A DNA stretch of 62,610 bases, filler included. It is 4 parts of 4 records of this genome, joined end to end, with 100 filler letters (N's around TTAATTAATTAA, not from the genome) between each part and the next. Parts side by side here need not be neighbours in the genome. Positions count along the whole stretch, not along the records: positions 44,176 to 62,610 come from SRR31156797_19612; 3 more parts are not named here. The stretch is one strand, 5' to 3'. How positions within the stretch are numbered: the first letter of the stretch is position 1; each line of letters starts with the position of its first letter. A program made the translations under genes and the position numbers. Of this stretch, positions 50,910 to 59,741 are shown one piece after another. The notes under the pieces are model-generated. The model made no database searches. It worked only from the letters and a program-made list of their open reading frames with translations, and was not told the DNA's origin.

Positions 50910-52199
50910 ATGAGCGTAGTGAACGTCAGGCAGTTTTCCGCCGTGTTCGGAAGCTTGATCTGCTTGCTATCGATGTCGGCTGTGGGCCAGGAAATCGGCG
51001 ATAAAATCGTCAAGACCGGGATCCACGACGGGCATCTGTACCTTTCCGGCGAAGACGTATCCATCCGCGCCGAAGTTACCGGCAATGTGATTGCCATGGC
51101 CGACGACCTTTTGGTCGATTCGAAAATTTCCGGCGACCTGATCGCGATGGCCGGTGATATCGATATTGACAGCGACGTCGCGGGCGAGTTGCTGGCCCTT
51201 TCCGGAAGCGCCGATATCAGCGGTCATTTCAAAAGCGGCGCCACCATCATGGGCGGAGAACTGGATGTCGAAGGCGAGATCGTAGGTCCGGTTTTTATCG
51301 CCGGCGGCAGCATAGAGACCTCTGGCAGTTTGATTGGAAATACCAAGCTGATGGGGGGGAAAGTCAAAAGTTCGGCGACGGTCGAGGGCGACCTTCTGGC
51401 GGCCGCCGCGAAGGTCGAGTTGACGGAGCGATCGGTCGTTTCCGGCAAGGTCTGGGCGACCGGCGCCAAGGTCGAAGTTTACGGCATTGTCGGCGGCGAA
51501 CTGCGAATTGCCGCGAGAAAAGCCGAGGTCGGCGGGCGCATCGAAGGAGACGTGCATATCGATGCGGTCGAGATCGAAATCATGCCGTCGACCGTGATCG
51601 CCGGAAGCCTGCATTACCGCAGCAGCGAAGAGGCGGAGATCGACCCGAGCGTGACGATCGCCGGCGACGTCGTTTTTGAACGCTCCGACCGGCCGTTACG
51701 CACCGTCGGCATAGCCCACGCCGGCATTGCCATGTTTCTGTTGGCGACCATCGGCGGTTTGATCCTGCTTGGCGCCGTTCAGATTCTGCTCTGCCCGAAC
51801 TTCTCCGTCGAAGCGGCGCGAACGATCCACGCAAGGCCCTGGCCGACGCTGGGATTGGGTTTCGCCATTCTGGTAGCGGCGCCGGTTCTGACCTTTATTC
51901 TGTTCGGCATCATTGTCGGTATCCCGCTTGGTCTGGCTTTGATCGCGCTCTATGTGCTGTTGGTGTTGGCCGGCCTGTTGGTGTCTTCGACCGCAATCGG
52001 AATGAAGGTAATCCGGCTTTTCGGCCGGTCGACCGGCGACAGATTCTGGTCCAGGTTCGGTGTCCTGGTTCTGGGCGTGCTGATTCTCGCCGTCGTCACG
52101 GTGATCCCCATCCTCGGCGCCATCGTCTTCTGCATCTCCCTGTCGTTCGGTATCGGGGCGATGGTCATGAAGTCGCGGGACGTTTGCGTCACCCCGTAG
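50910..52199 (+). CDS. Membrane protein with bactofilin-like/beta-helical repeats and C-terminal multi-TM domain
   Basis: Signal peptide, repeated (V/I)xGD(L/V)xxxGGx(V/I) units, then about 5 TM helices. Confidence 0.75.
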   Translation: MSVVNVRQFSAVFGSLICLLSMSAVGQEIGDKIVKTGIHDGHLYLSGEDVSIRAEVTGNVIAMADDLLVDSKISGDLIAMAGDIDIDSDVAGELLALSGSADISGHFKSGATIMGGELDVEGEIVGPVFIAGGSIETSGSLIGNTKLMGGKVKSSATVEGDLLAAAAKVELTERSVVSGKVWATGAKVEVYGIVGGELRIAARKAEVGGRIEGDVHIDAVEIEIMPSTVIAGSLHYRSSEEAEIDPSVTIAGDVVFERSDRPLRTVGIAHAGIAMFLLATIGGLILLGAVQILLCPNFSVEAARTIHARPWPTLGLGFAILVAAPVLTFILFGIIVGIPLGLALIALYVLLVLAGLLVSSTAIGMKVIRLFGRSTGDRFWSRFGVLVLGVLILAVVTVIPILGAIVFCISLSFGIGAMVMKSRDVCVTP

Positions 52200-52369
52200 G
52201 TTTCGCTTCACGGGCGGTTGCGGGTGTCTCGTTTTCCGGCTGTTTTTCGGTCAAGTCGATCCCTCGGACGCGGGCCGACCCGTTTCGTCCGGCAAACGCC
52301 GCTTGACAGAATCTTTCCATCCCCTCAATTTCTGCGGACAAAAATTTCCTTATTTCAAAGGGGGGATCC

Positions 52370-53356
52370 ATGAAACGTTTATTCGTTGCGGTGTTCGCCG
52401 CGTGTCTCGGCTTTGCATTGGCGCAGCCGGCGCAGGCCGAAAAAGTTCTTCGCATCACCCTGCAACTGCCGATTACCCATCACCTCGGCAAGAACCTCAC
52501 GGCCTTCAAGGACGAGGTCGAGCGCGAGACCAAGGGCGAGATCAAGGTCGAGATCTATCCCTCGGCCCAGCTCTACAAGGACAAGGAAGTGCCGCAGGCG
52601 GTGTCGTCGGGCGCCGTTGAAATGGGCGTCGCATCGATCACCCGTTTTGCCGGGACGATCCCGGCGGTCGATATCTTCTACGTTCCTTTCACCTTCCCGA
52701 CCTGGGATCTGGTGACCAAGGCGACGGCGCCGGGAAGCACGGTTCGCGGGCCGATCGACGCCGAGGTTCTGAAAACCGGTGCCCGTATCCTGTGGTGGCA
52801 GGCCTATGGCGGCGCCATTCTTCTCAGCAAGGGCGATCCGATCGTGACGCCGGCCGACATGAAGGACAAGAAGGTCCGCGTCTTCGGCAAGACGCTGGGC
52901 GAATTCGTCAAGTCCGTCGGTGGCGCGCCGGCGCTTGTTTCCGGTTCGGAACAGTTCCTGGCCTATCAGCGCGGCACGGTCGATGCCGGCATGACCGGCG
53001 TCACCGCCGTCGAAAAGCGTAAGCTTTTCCAGGTCATGGACTATCTGACCGTCACCAACCATGCCGATATCGAGTTCGTCGTGCTGATCAACGAAAAGGT
53101 CTGGCAGGGCCTGACCGACGGCCAGCGGGCGATTGTCGACAAGGCGGCCAAGCGCGTCGAAAAGGAACTGCGCGATGCGATGGGCAAGCTCGAGGCCGAC
53201 GCATTCGCCGCCGTTCGCGACAAGATCAAGGTCATCGAACTGACGCCGGATCAACTCGCCGATTGGCAGAAGTCGACCGCGAGCGTGATCGAAACCTATA
53301 TCAAAACCGCCGGACCGCTCGGCAAACAGCTTGTCGAGGCGGCGAAAAAACTCTAA
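52370..53356 (+). CDS. dctP: TRAP transporter substrate-binding protein
   Basis: Signal peptide, EIYPSAQL, DMKDKKVRV, AYQRGTVD and W..L...R. Confidence 0.93.
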   Translation: MKRLFVAVFAACLGFALAQPAQAEKVLRITLQLPITHHLGKNLTAFKDEVERETKGEIKVEIYPSAQLYKDKEVPQAVSSGAVEMGVASITRFAGTIPAVDIFYVPFTFPTWDLVTKATAPGSTVRGPIDAEVLKTGARILWWQAYGGAILLSKGDPIVTPADMKDKKVRVFGKTLGEFVKSVGGAPALVSGSEQFLAYQRGTVDAGMTGVTAVEKRKLFQVMDYLTVTNHADIEFVVLINEKVWQGLTDGQRAIVDKAAKRVEKELRDAMGKLEADAFAAVRDKIKVIELTPDQLADWQKSTASVIETYIKTAGPLGKQLVEAAKKL

Positions 53357-53419
53357 ACAGCCGGCCGGGGCGGCGGAATCGTTTCCGCCGCTCCAGCACT
53401 TTTGTTGATCCGGCCCCAA

Positions 53420-53923
53420 ATGCTTAACTTCGTCGAACGCCTCAGCGAAATCTGCGGCAAGCTGGCCGCGGGCATGTTTTTCGTCGTCGGCGGGATGATC
53501 ACCTACGAGGTGGTCGCCCGTTACGTCTTTCTTGCGCCGACGGTCTGGGCCGAGGAAATATCCCGCTTCGCGCAGATCTGGGCGACCTATCTGGCCGCCG
53601 CCTATGTCCTGAAAAACCGCAACCTCATCCGCATCGACCTGTTGACCGGGCGACTGAATGCGGCTTGGCGCCGCTTTTTCGAGGCCCTGGCCCTGGTCTT
53701 CATCGGCGTTTTCTGCATCGTTGCCATCACTTACGGGACCGGCATCGTCGCCGAATCGATCGAAATGGGCCGTGCCACGTCGACCATGTTGGCGGTTCCG
53801 CGTTGGATGACCGAAAGCGCCGTGCCGATCGGTTTTGCCATCCTGCTGCTGCAATGCCTGGCCGAACTGGGCCGGGTTTTCACCGACCCGTCCTACGGAA
53901 CGGCAAGCGGGGATGAAACATGA
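53420..53923 (+). CDS. dctQ: TRAP transporter small permease
   Basis: EVVARYVF..PTVWAEEISR, IRIDLL and four TM helices. Confidence 0.92.
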   Translation: MLNFVERLSEICGKLAAGMFFVVGGMITYEVVARYVFLAPTVWAEEISRFAQIWATYLAAAYVLKNRNLIRIDLLTGRLNAAWRRFFEALALVFIGVFCIVAITYGTGIVAESIEMGRATSTMLAVPRWMTESAVPIGFAILLLQCLAELGRVFTDPSYGTASGDET

Positions 53924-55191
53924 CCGCGCTGATCATCCTGCTGGTGCTGCTCGGCCTGCTGCTGGCCGGAATTCCGGTCGCCTTTGCCTTGGGCGGGCTC
54001 GGCCTGATCCTGATGTGGCTGGGCGATATTTCGCCGGTGATGGTGCCGCAGGCCTTGTACAGCACGGCCGACAACTTCGTCCTGCTGGCGGTGCCGTTGT
54101 TCCTGCTGATGTCGAACGTTCTGCTCAAGGGCGGCGTCGGACGCGATCTTTTCAACGCGGTTCAAACCTGGGTCGGACATTGGCCGGGCGGCCTTGCCGT
54201 CGCGACGATCATTTCCTGCGCCCTTTTTTCGGCGATCTCGGGTTCGTCGGTGGCCACCGCCGCGACCATCGGCACGGTGGCGATCCCGGAAATGATCGGC
54301 CGCGGCTATCACCGGCCGTTCGTTCTTGGACTGCTGGCGGCGGGCGGAACGCTGGGCATCCTGATCCCGCCGTCGATTCCGATGATCGTCTATGGCGTCA
54401 TTACCGAGGAATCCATCGTCGATCTGTTTCTTGCCGGGGTCGGTCCGGGGCTATTGCTGTCGGGTATTTTCATCCTGTTCAGTCTCGGTTATGCCCGTTT
54501 CGGCGGCGGCTATACGCCGACGGAAAAAGCGACCTGGCAGGAACGCTCGGCCGCCACCTTGCGGGCCCTGCCGACGGCCATCCTCGCGGTCATCGTCATC
54601 GGCGGCATCTATGCCGGCGTCTTCACACCGACGGAATCAGCCGGCGTCGGGTTCGCCGTTTCGCTGGTTATCGTCTTCGCGCTTGGCACCATGACCTGGG
54701 AAAAACTGAAGGACGCGGTCCTCGATGCCATGCGCACGACGGTGACCATCTTCCTGATCATCGGCGGTGCCAAGGTGTTCGGCAAGGCGATCACGCTGTA
54801 TCGCATTCCGCAGGATATCTCGACGGCGATTGCCGCCAATATCCCCGAGGCCGGCCTGTTCATCCTGATCGTCTGCGGCGTCCTGCTGATCATGGGCTGT
54901 TTCCTCGAATCGCTGTCCATGTTGCTGATCATGGTGCCGGTGCTTTTGCCATCGCTGATGGCGCTCGGCATCGATCCGATCTGGTTCGGGGTGATCTTCG
55001 TCATCATGATCGAATGCGCCCTGATCACGCCGCCGGTCGGCCTCAACCTGTTCGTCATCCAGGCGGTCGGGAATGTCACCATATCCGAGGTTCTGCGTGG
55101 CGTCTGGCCGTTCATCCTGATGCTTTTCGCGACCGTTGCCATCGTCTATTTCATTCCCGACGTCGCCCTGTATATTCCGTTCAAACTATAG
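53920..55191 (+). CDS. dctM: TRAP transporter large permease
   Basis: SGSSVATAA, GILIPPSI, FTPTES and ITPPVGLNLF. Confidence 0.95.
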   Translation: MTALIILLVLLGLLLAGIPVAFALGGLGLILMWLGDISPVMVPQALYSTADNFVLLAVPLFLLMSNVLLKGGVGRDLFNAVQTWVGHWPGGLAVATIISCALFSAISGSSVATAATIGTVAIPEMIGRGYHRPFVLGLLAAGGTLGILIPPSIPMIVYGVITEESIVDLFLAGVGPGLLLSGIFILFSLGYARFGGGYTPTEKATWQERSAATLRALPTAILAVIVIGGIYAGVFTPTESAGVGFAVSLVIVFALGTMTWEKLKDAVLDAMRTTVTIFLIIGGAKVFGKAITLYRIPQDISTAIAANIPEAGLFILIVCGVLLIMGCFLESLSMLLIMVPVLLPSLMALGIDPIWFGVIFVIMIECALITPPVGLNLFVIQAVGNVTISEVLRGVWPFILMLFATVAIVYFIPDVALYIPFKL

Positions 55192-55214
55192 AATCTCTGC
55201 ACCGGGAGGGTGCC

Positions 55215-56078
55215 ATGCAATCATCGCCGGCCGAGAGACTGCGCACCCTGTTGGCGCGTCCCGGCATATTGGTCATGCCCTGCTGTTACGACGCCTTCTC
55301 GGCGCGATTGATCGAACGGGCCGGTTTCCCCCTGACCTTCATGAGCGGTTTCGCCGTTTCGGCGGCGCGTCTGGCGGTGCCGGACACCGGCCTGATCTCG
55401 TTCGCCGAGATGCTCGATCAGGGGCGCAACATCTGCTCGGCGGTGTCGATCCCGGTCTTCGGCGACGGCGATACGGGTTACGGCAACGCGCTCAACGCCA
55501 AACGCACGGTTCGCGAATACGCCCGGGCCGGATTCGCCGGCATCATGATCGAGGATCAGGTCGCGCCGAAACGATGCGGGCACACCCGCGGCAAGCAGGT
55601 GATCGGTTTCGATATGGCCTGCCAACGCCTGCAGGCCGCCGTCGATGCGCGTGACGAAGGGGCCGATATCGTGATCATGGCGCGCACCGATGCGCGCGAA
55701 ACCGACGGCATCGACGAAGCCCTGCGCCGCATCCGCGCCTTCGCCGACATCGGCGCCGACGTGCTGTTCCTCGAGGCGCCGCGCTCGGAAGACGAAATGA
55801 AAGCCTTCTGCGAGGCCGTTCCCGGCCCGAAAATGGCCAACATGGTCGAACAGGGCGCAACACCGGTGCTGCCGCCCGACCGGCTGGCCGACATCGGCTA
55901 TAAGATCGCGGCCTATCCGCTGACCCTTCTTCTCGCCGCCATTCCCGCCATCGAGCGGGCGCTGAAATCCATTGCCGAAGGGAAAACGCCGGAAGGCCTG
56001 GCGACCTTCGCCGAGCTGCAGGATGTTGTCGGTTTCCCGGAATATTTCGAAGCCGAAAAACGGTATTCGACGGAATAA
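55215..56078 (+). CDS. Isocitrate lyase/PEP mutase family protein (CPEP-mutase/dimethylmalate-lyase-like)
   Basis: YDAFSAR, MSGF, DGDTGYG, IEDQ..PKRCGH, ARTDA and ANMVEQG. ATG at 55215 after GGGAGG. Confidence 0.92.
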   Translation: MQSSPAERLRTLLARPGILVMPCCYDAFSARLIERAGFPLTFMSGFAVSAARLAVPDTGLISFAEMLDQGRNICSAVSIPVFGDGDTGYGNALNAKRTVREYARAGFAGIMIEDQVAPKRCGHTRGKQVIGFDMACQRLQAAVDARDEGADIVIMARTDARETDGIDEALRRIRAFADIGADVLFLEAPRSEDEMKAFCEAVPGPKMANMVEQGATPVLPPDRLADIGYKIAAYPLTLLLAAIPAIERALKSIAEGKTPEGLATFAELQDVVGFPEYFEAEKRYSTE

Positions 56079-56190
56079 TGAACCGGCCTCTGGTCCAAAA
56101 ACCCAATAATCCCGGGATTGCCTGCCGGTCCGCGCGTCCGCATACTCGGGTTTTATCGGCGCCGTCGAATGCCGGCGGAATCGCGCGGAC

Positions 56191-57261
56191 ATGACCAAAA
56201 GGAGGAGGAGCCTGGACTTGGGCGGTATGGACGACAATCAAAAAGCGGACCTTTCAATCGCGGCCGATGCGACCCGCATCCGGGCCGATCTGGTCCGGCT
56301 CGGCCTGGCCGGACCGAGGGAAAACCCGCGCATCGAACCGCTCGCCGGCGGCGTTTCGTCGGACATCTTCCGGGTCGATCTCGCATCGGGTCCGGTCTGC
56401 ATCAAACGCGCCCTGGCGAAACTGAAGGTCGCCGCCGATTGGCGGGCGCCGGTCGAACGCAACCAATATGAATTCGCCTGGATGCGGGCGGCGGCCCGGG
56501 TCGAACCGACGGCGGTTCCGGAACTGCTGGCCGAGGATGCCGAAGCCGGCCTTTTTGTCATGCGCTTTCTCGATCCCGCCGACCATCCGGTTTGGAAAGC
56601 ACAGCTGCTGGACGGCCACGCAATTCCCGAAACGGCGCACGCCGTTGGCTTGCGGATCGGCCACATCCACGCCAGCACCGCTGGCGACGATACCGTCCGC
56701 GAGGCCTTCGCGACCGACCACATTTTCCATCCGATCCGGCTCGAACCCTATCTGCTGGCGACGGCACAGGCGCACCCGAAAGTCGCCGCGCAATTGGAAA
56801 GCCTGGCCGAAACAACGTTGGCCACCAAGAAGGCGCTGGTTCACGGCGATGTCAGCCCGAAGAACATCCTGGTCGGACCCGACGGGCCGGTGTTCCTCGA
56901 CGCCGAATGCGCCTGGTACGGCGATCCGGCCTTCGACCTGGCCTTCTGCCTCAATCACCTGCTGCTCAAATGCCTGTGGAAACCGGCGGTTACCGGCGAC
57001 TACCTTGGCTGTTTCGATGCCATGACCGTGGCCTACCTGTCGACGGTGTCGTGGGAGCCGCCTGACGAACTGGAACGGCGCACCGCGGCGCTATTGCCGG
57101 CCCTGTTCCTGGCCCGCGTCGACGGCAAATCCCCGGTCGAATACCTGACCGACGAGGCCGACAAGAACAGGGTGCGCCGGGTCGCGCTGGCCTTGCTCCA
57201 ATCCGAAGTCGAAACCCTGGAATCCATAAGAAACGCCTGGAATAAGGAGATGCACACGTGA
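56191..57261 (+). CDS. APH/methylthioribose-kinase-like small-molecule kinase
   Basis: LAGGVSSDIF, IKRAL..L.V..DW.AP.ER...E, HGDVSPKNIL and LDAECAWYGDPAFD. Start may instead be 56227. Confidence 0.85.
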   Translation: MTKRRRSLDLGGMDDNQKADLSIAADATRIRADLVRLGLAGPRENPRIEPLAGGVSSDIFRVDLASGPVCIKRALAKLKVAADWRAPVERNQYEFAWMRAAARVEPTAVPELLAEDAEAGLFVMRFLDPADHPVWKAQLLDGHAIPETAHAVGLRIGHIHASTAGDDTVREAFATDHIFHPIRLEPYLLATAQAHPKVAAQLESLAETTLATKKALVHGDVSPKNILVGPDGPVFLDAECAWYGDPAFDLAFCLNHLLLKCLWKPAVTGDYLGCFDAMTVAYLSTVSWEPPDELERRTAALLPALFLARVDGKSPVEYLTDEADKNRVRRVALALLQSEVETLESIRNAWNKEMHT

Positions 57262-58547
57262 ATCCCAACATCATCACAACGGTACGCGGCAGGCGGGTAT
57301 GGGATTCGCGTGGGCGCCCGACGGTCGAAGTGGAAATCGGGCTGGCCGGCGGCAAGACCGGCCGTGCCATCGCCCCAGCCGGCGCATCGACCGGCGCCGG
57401 CGAGGCGTTGGACCTGCGTGACGGCGGCGAAACCTTCGGCGGATACGGCGTTGAAAAGGCGCTGGCCAATATCAACGGCGAAATCAGGCTGACCATTGCC
57501 GGTCTCGATGCCCGCGATGGCGCCGAGATCGACCGCACCCTGATCGAACTCGACGGCACGCCGAACAAAAGCCGTCTCGGCGGCAACGCCATCATTGCCG
57601 TTTCGCTGGCCTTGCTTCACGCCGCCGCGGCTGCCGCCGACGAACCCCTTTGGCGCTATCTGGGCGGTGACGGCGTGAAGACGATTCCGTTGCCGGAAAT
57701 TCAGATTTTCGGCGGCGGCGCCCATGCCAGCACCCGGATCGATATCCAGGACTTCATGGTGACGATGCCGGGCGCGTCGAGCTTCGACGAGGCGATGGCC
57801 TGGACCGCCGAGGTCTATCGCAAGGCCGGGGAAATCATGGCCGATTCCGGCCGCCTGCGCGGGGTGGCCGACGAAGGTGGCTTCTGGCCGGTGTTCGAAA
57901 CCAACGAGGAAGGGCTGGGCCTGCTGGTGCAGGCGATCGAAAAGGCCGGCCTGGTGCCCGGCGAGCAGGCGGCCATCGCGCTTGATATCGCCGCCACCGA
58001 ATTCGGGAAAAACGGCCGCTACAAACTGGCGCTTGAGGAACGCGAATTGGATTCCGACGGTCTATGTGAACTGCTGATCGGCTGGATCGACCGCTATCCC
58101 ATCGTTTCGATCGAAGATCCCCTGGGCGAGGACGACGTTGAAGGCACGCGGCGCTTCACGGAAGCCGTCGGCGATCGGGTTCAGATCGTCGGCGACGATT
58201 TCGTCGTGACGGACGCCTCGCGCATCAAGGAAGCGGCAAAGCTGGGTGCCTGTAACTGTGCCCTCATCAAGCCCAACCAAGCCGGCACCGTTTCCGAAAC
58301 CAAGGCCGCCGTCGACGCCGCCAAGGATGCCGGTTGGGGCGCCATCGTATCGGCCCGGTCGGGCGAGACCGAGGACGTGTCGATCGTCCATCTGGCCGTC
58401 GGCTGGGGCGTGTCGCAGCTCAAGGTCGGAGCCTTCGCGCGGGCCGAACGCATGGCCAAGTGGAACGAGGCCCTGCGCATCGAGGAACTGCTGGGCGCCG
58501 ATGCCAGGTTTCCGGGGAACGCACCGTTCGAAAGGTTCGGGCAATAG
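57258..58547 (+). CDS. Enolase-family protein, divergent paralogue
   Basis: DSRGRPTVEV, GASTG, DEGG, IEDP, GDD, IKPNQ, RSGETED, KVG and ER.AK.N. GTGA overlap with the kinase stop. Confidence 0.92.
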   Translation: MNPNIITTVRGRRVWDSRGRPTVEVEIGLAGGKTGRAIAPAGASTGAGEALDLRDGGETFGGYGVEKALANINGEIRLTIAGLDARDGAEIDRTLIELDGTPNKSRLGGNAIIAVSLALLHAAAAAADEPLWRYLGGDGVKTIPLPEIQIFGGGAHASTRIDIQDFMVTMPGASSFDEAMAWTAEVYRKAGEIMADSGRLRGVADEGGFWPVFETNEEGLGLLVQAIEKAGLVPGEQAAIALDIAATEFGKNGRYKLALEERELDSDGLCELLIGWIDRYPIVSIEDPLGEDDVEGTRRFTEAVGDRVQIVGDDFVVTDASRIKEAAKLGACNCALIKPNQAGTVSETKAAVDAAKDAGWGAIVSARSGETEDVSIVHLAVGWGVSQLKVGAFARAERMAKWNEALRIEELLGADARFPGNAPFERFGQ

Positions 58548-58623
58548 GGCGAACGCCGGCTGGGTCTGTCATAGCCCTGCTTGAAACCGGCGGCGGACAC
58601 ATCCGCCATCGGAAAAACCTGTA

Positions 58624-59202
58624 ATGAAAGGGGACGTCGGGATGAGGCTCCCATATTCGCTTTTCGGTTTGCTGTCTTTGGTCATTCTCGCCGGTTGCGC
58701 CGCGCCTGCCGCGATGCCGCCGCCGCAACAGCAATTGCCGCCCGTCGGCGGTCCTGTGTATCGGCTCGATGTCGCCACGGTTGAGATTTTTCGACCGGCG
58801 GCACAACCGGCCGGAACGGTGATCGACATGTCGGTCGCTGTCGAACAGTACCTGCGCGACCACCTTCTGGCGGTCGGAACCAGCGGACGGGTGCGCGCCA
58901 GCATCAACGACGCGGCCGTGCGCCAATCAGTCATGCGCCGAACCGCCCCGGGCGGCACGTCGTTCCAGCGGGTCCGCCAATACGACGGCATGGTTCATGT
59001 CCGTATCGACGCCACCGACCGCTCGACCCAACGGGCCGCCTTTGCCGGCGGTTCGGCCAGCCGCAGCCAGGCGGCGGACGCCAATATTCCGGTCGATCAG
59101 CAACAGCGGATGGCCAGTGATATGGCCGACGCCCTGATGTTGGATTTCGAGGCCAGCCTGTCGGCCGATGTCAACCGTAGGTTGGGTGCATTCCTGCGCT
59201 AG
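58624..59202 (+). CDS. Uncharacterised lipoprotein
   Basis: Lipobox LAGC followed by a Pro/Gln linker. Confidence 0.65.
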   Translation: MKGDVGMRLPYSLFGLLSLVILAGCAAPAAMPPPQQQLPPVGGPVYRLDVATVEIFRPAAQPAGTVIDMSVAVEQYLRDHLLAVGTSGRVRASINDAAVRQSVMRRTAPGGTSFQRVRQYDGMVHVRIDATDRSTQRAAFAGGSASRSQAADANIPVDQQQRMASDMADALMLDFEASLSADVNRRLGAFLR

Positions 59203-59741
59203 ACGGTTCCGGTAAATCCGGAGATTGGTGCGGCAGGTCCAGACCGTTTCGGGGTAAACACGAAACCCTCGATCGGGACGATTTTGCTTCGTGGCCAGGC
59301 AGGCTTCGAAATGCGATGTGCGAAGCATCGAACGAGAAGGCCAACGCCGCCACGGAGCAAAAGAATCCGGCCGAAGGTTGGTATTCGGGCCCATCGTCCG
59401 CGTTGCGGCGCTTGTCCAATGGCCCGAACATTGCCCCGCGCGCCGCGCCGATTCCGGTGGCCCCATCCGTTCCCATCAAATTGCCTCCGACTCACCCGGA
59501 CGCGCCCTGAAGGTCAGAAGTCCTGATCTCCCTTGAATTCTCCTTTATACCTCCTATCTGTCTGACGTCTTTTGTGGGGGAAATTCTCGAAATAATTGTT
59601 TCTTTTTGGGGGCGGGTTGTGAAGCATTCTTTTAAGGGGTTCGCGGGAGTTTTGCGCGAGCAGGCGATAAAACAGTTTGAGTTGCACAAAAATTACATTG
59701 GGCGTCGGAATGAATCCTGGGGCAAAGGCCGCTTGGAGGCT

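Noticed and set aside
53835-56078. 747-aa ORF suggesting a large fusion ending in the ICL-family domain
   Set aside because: The N-terminal part is an off-frame shadow of dctM in GC-rich DNA. The real start is the ATG at 55215 with a GGGAGG RBS.
55215-56078. True PEP mutase indicating a phosphonate biosynthesis cluster
   Set aside because: It lacks the EDKxxxxxNS motif and has KRCGH; no phosphonopyruvate decarboxylase is nearby.
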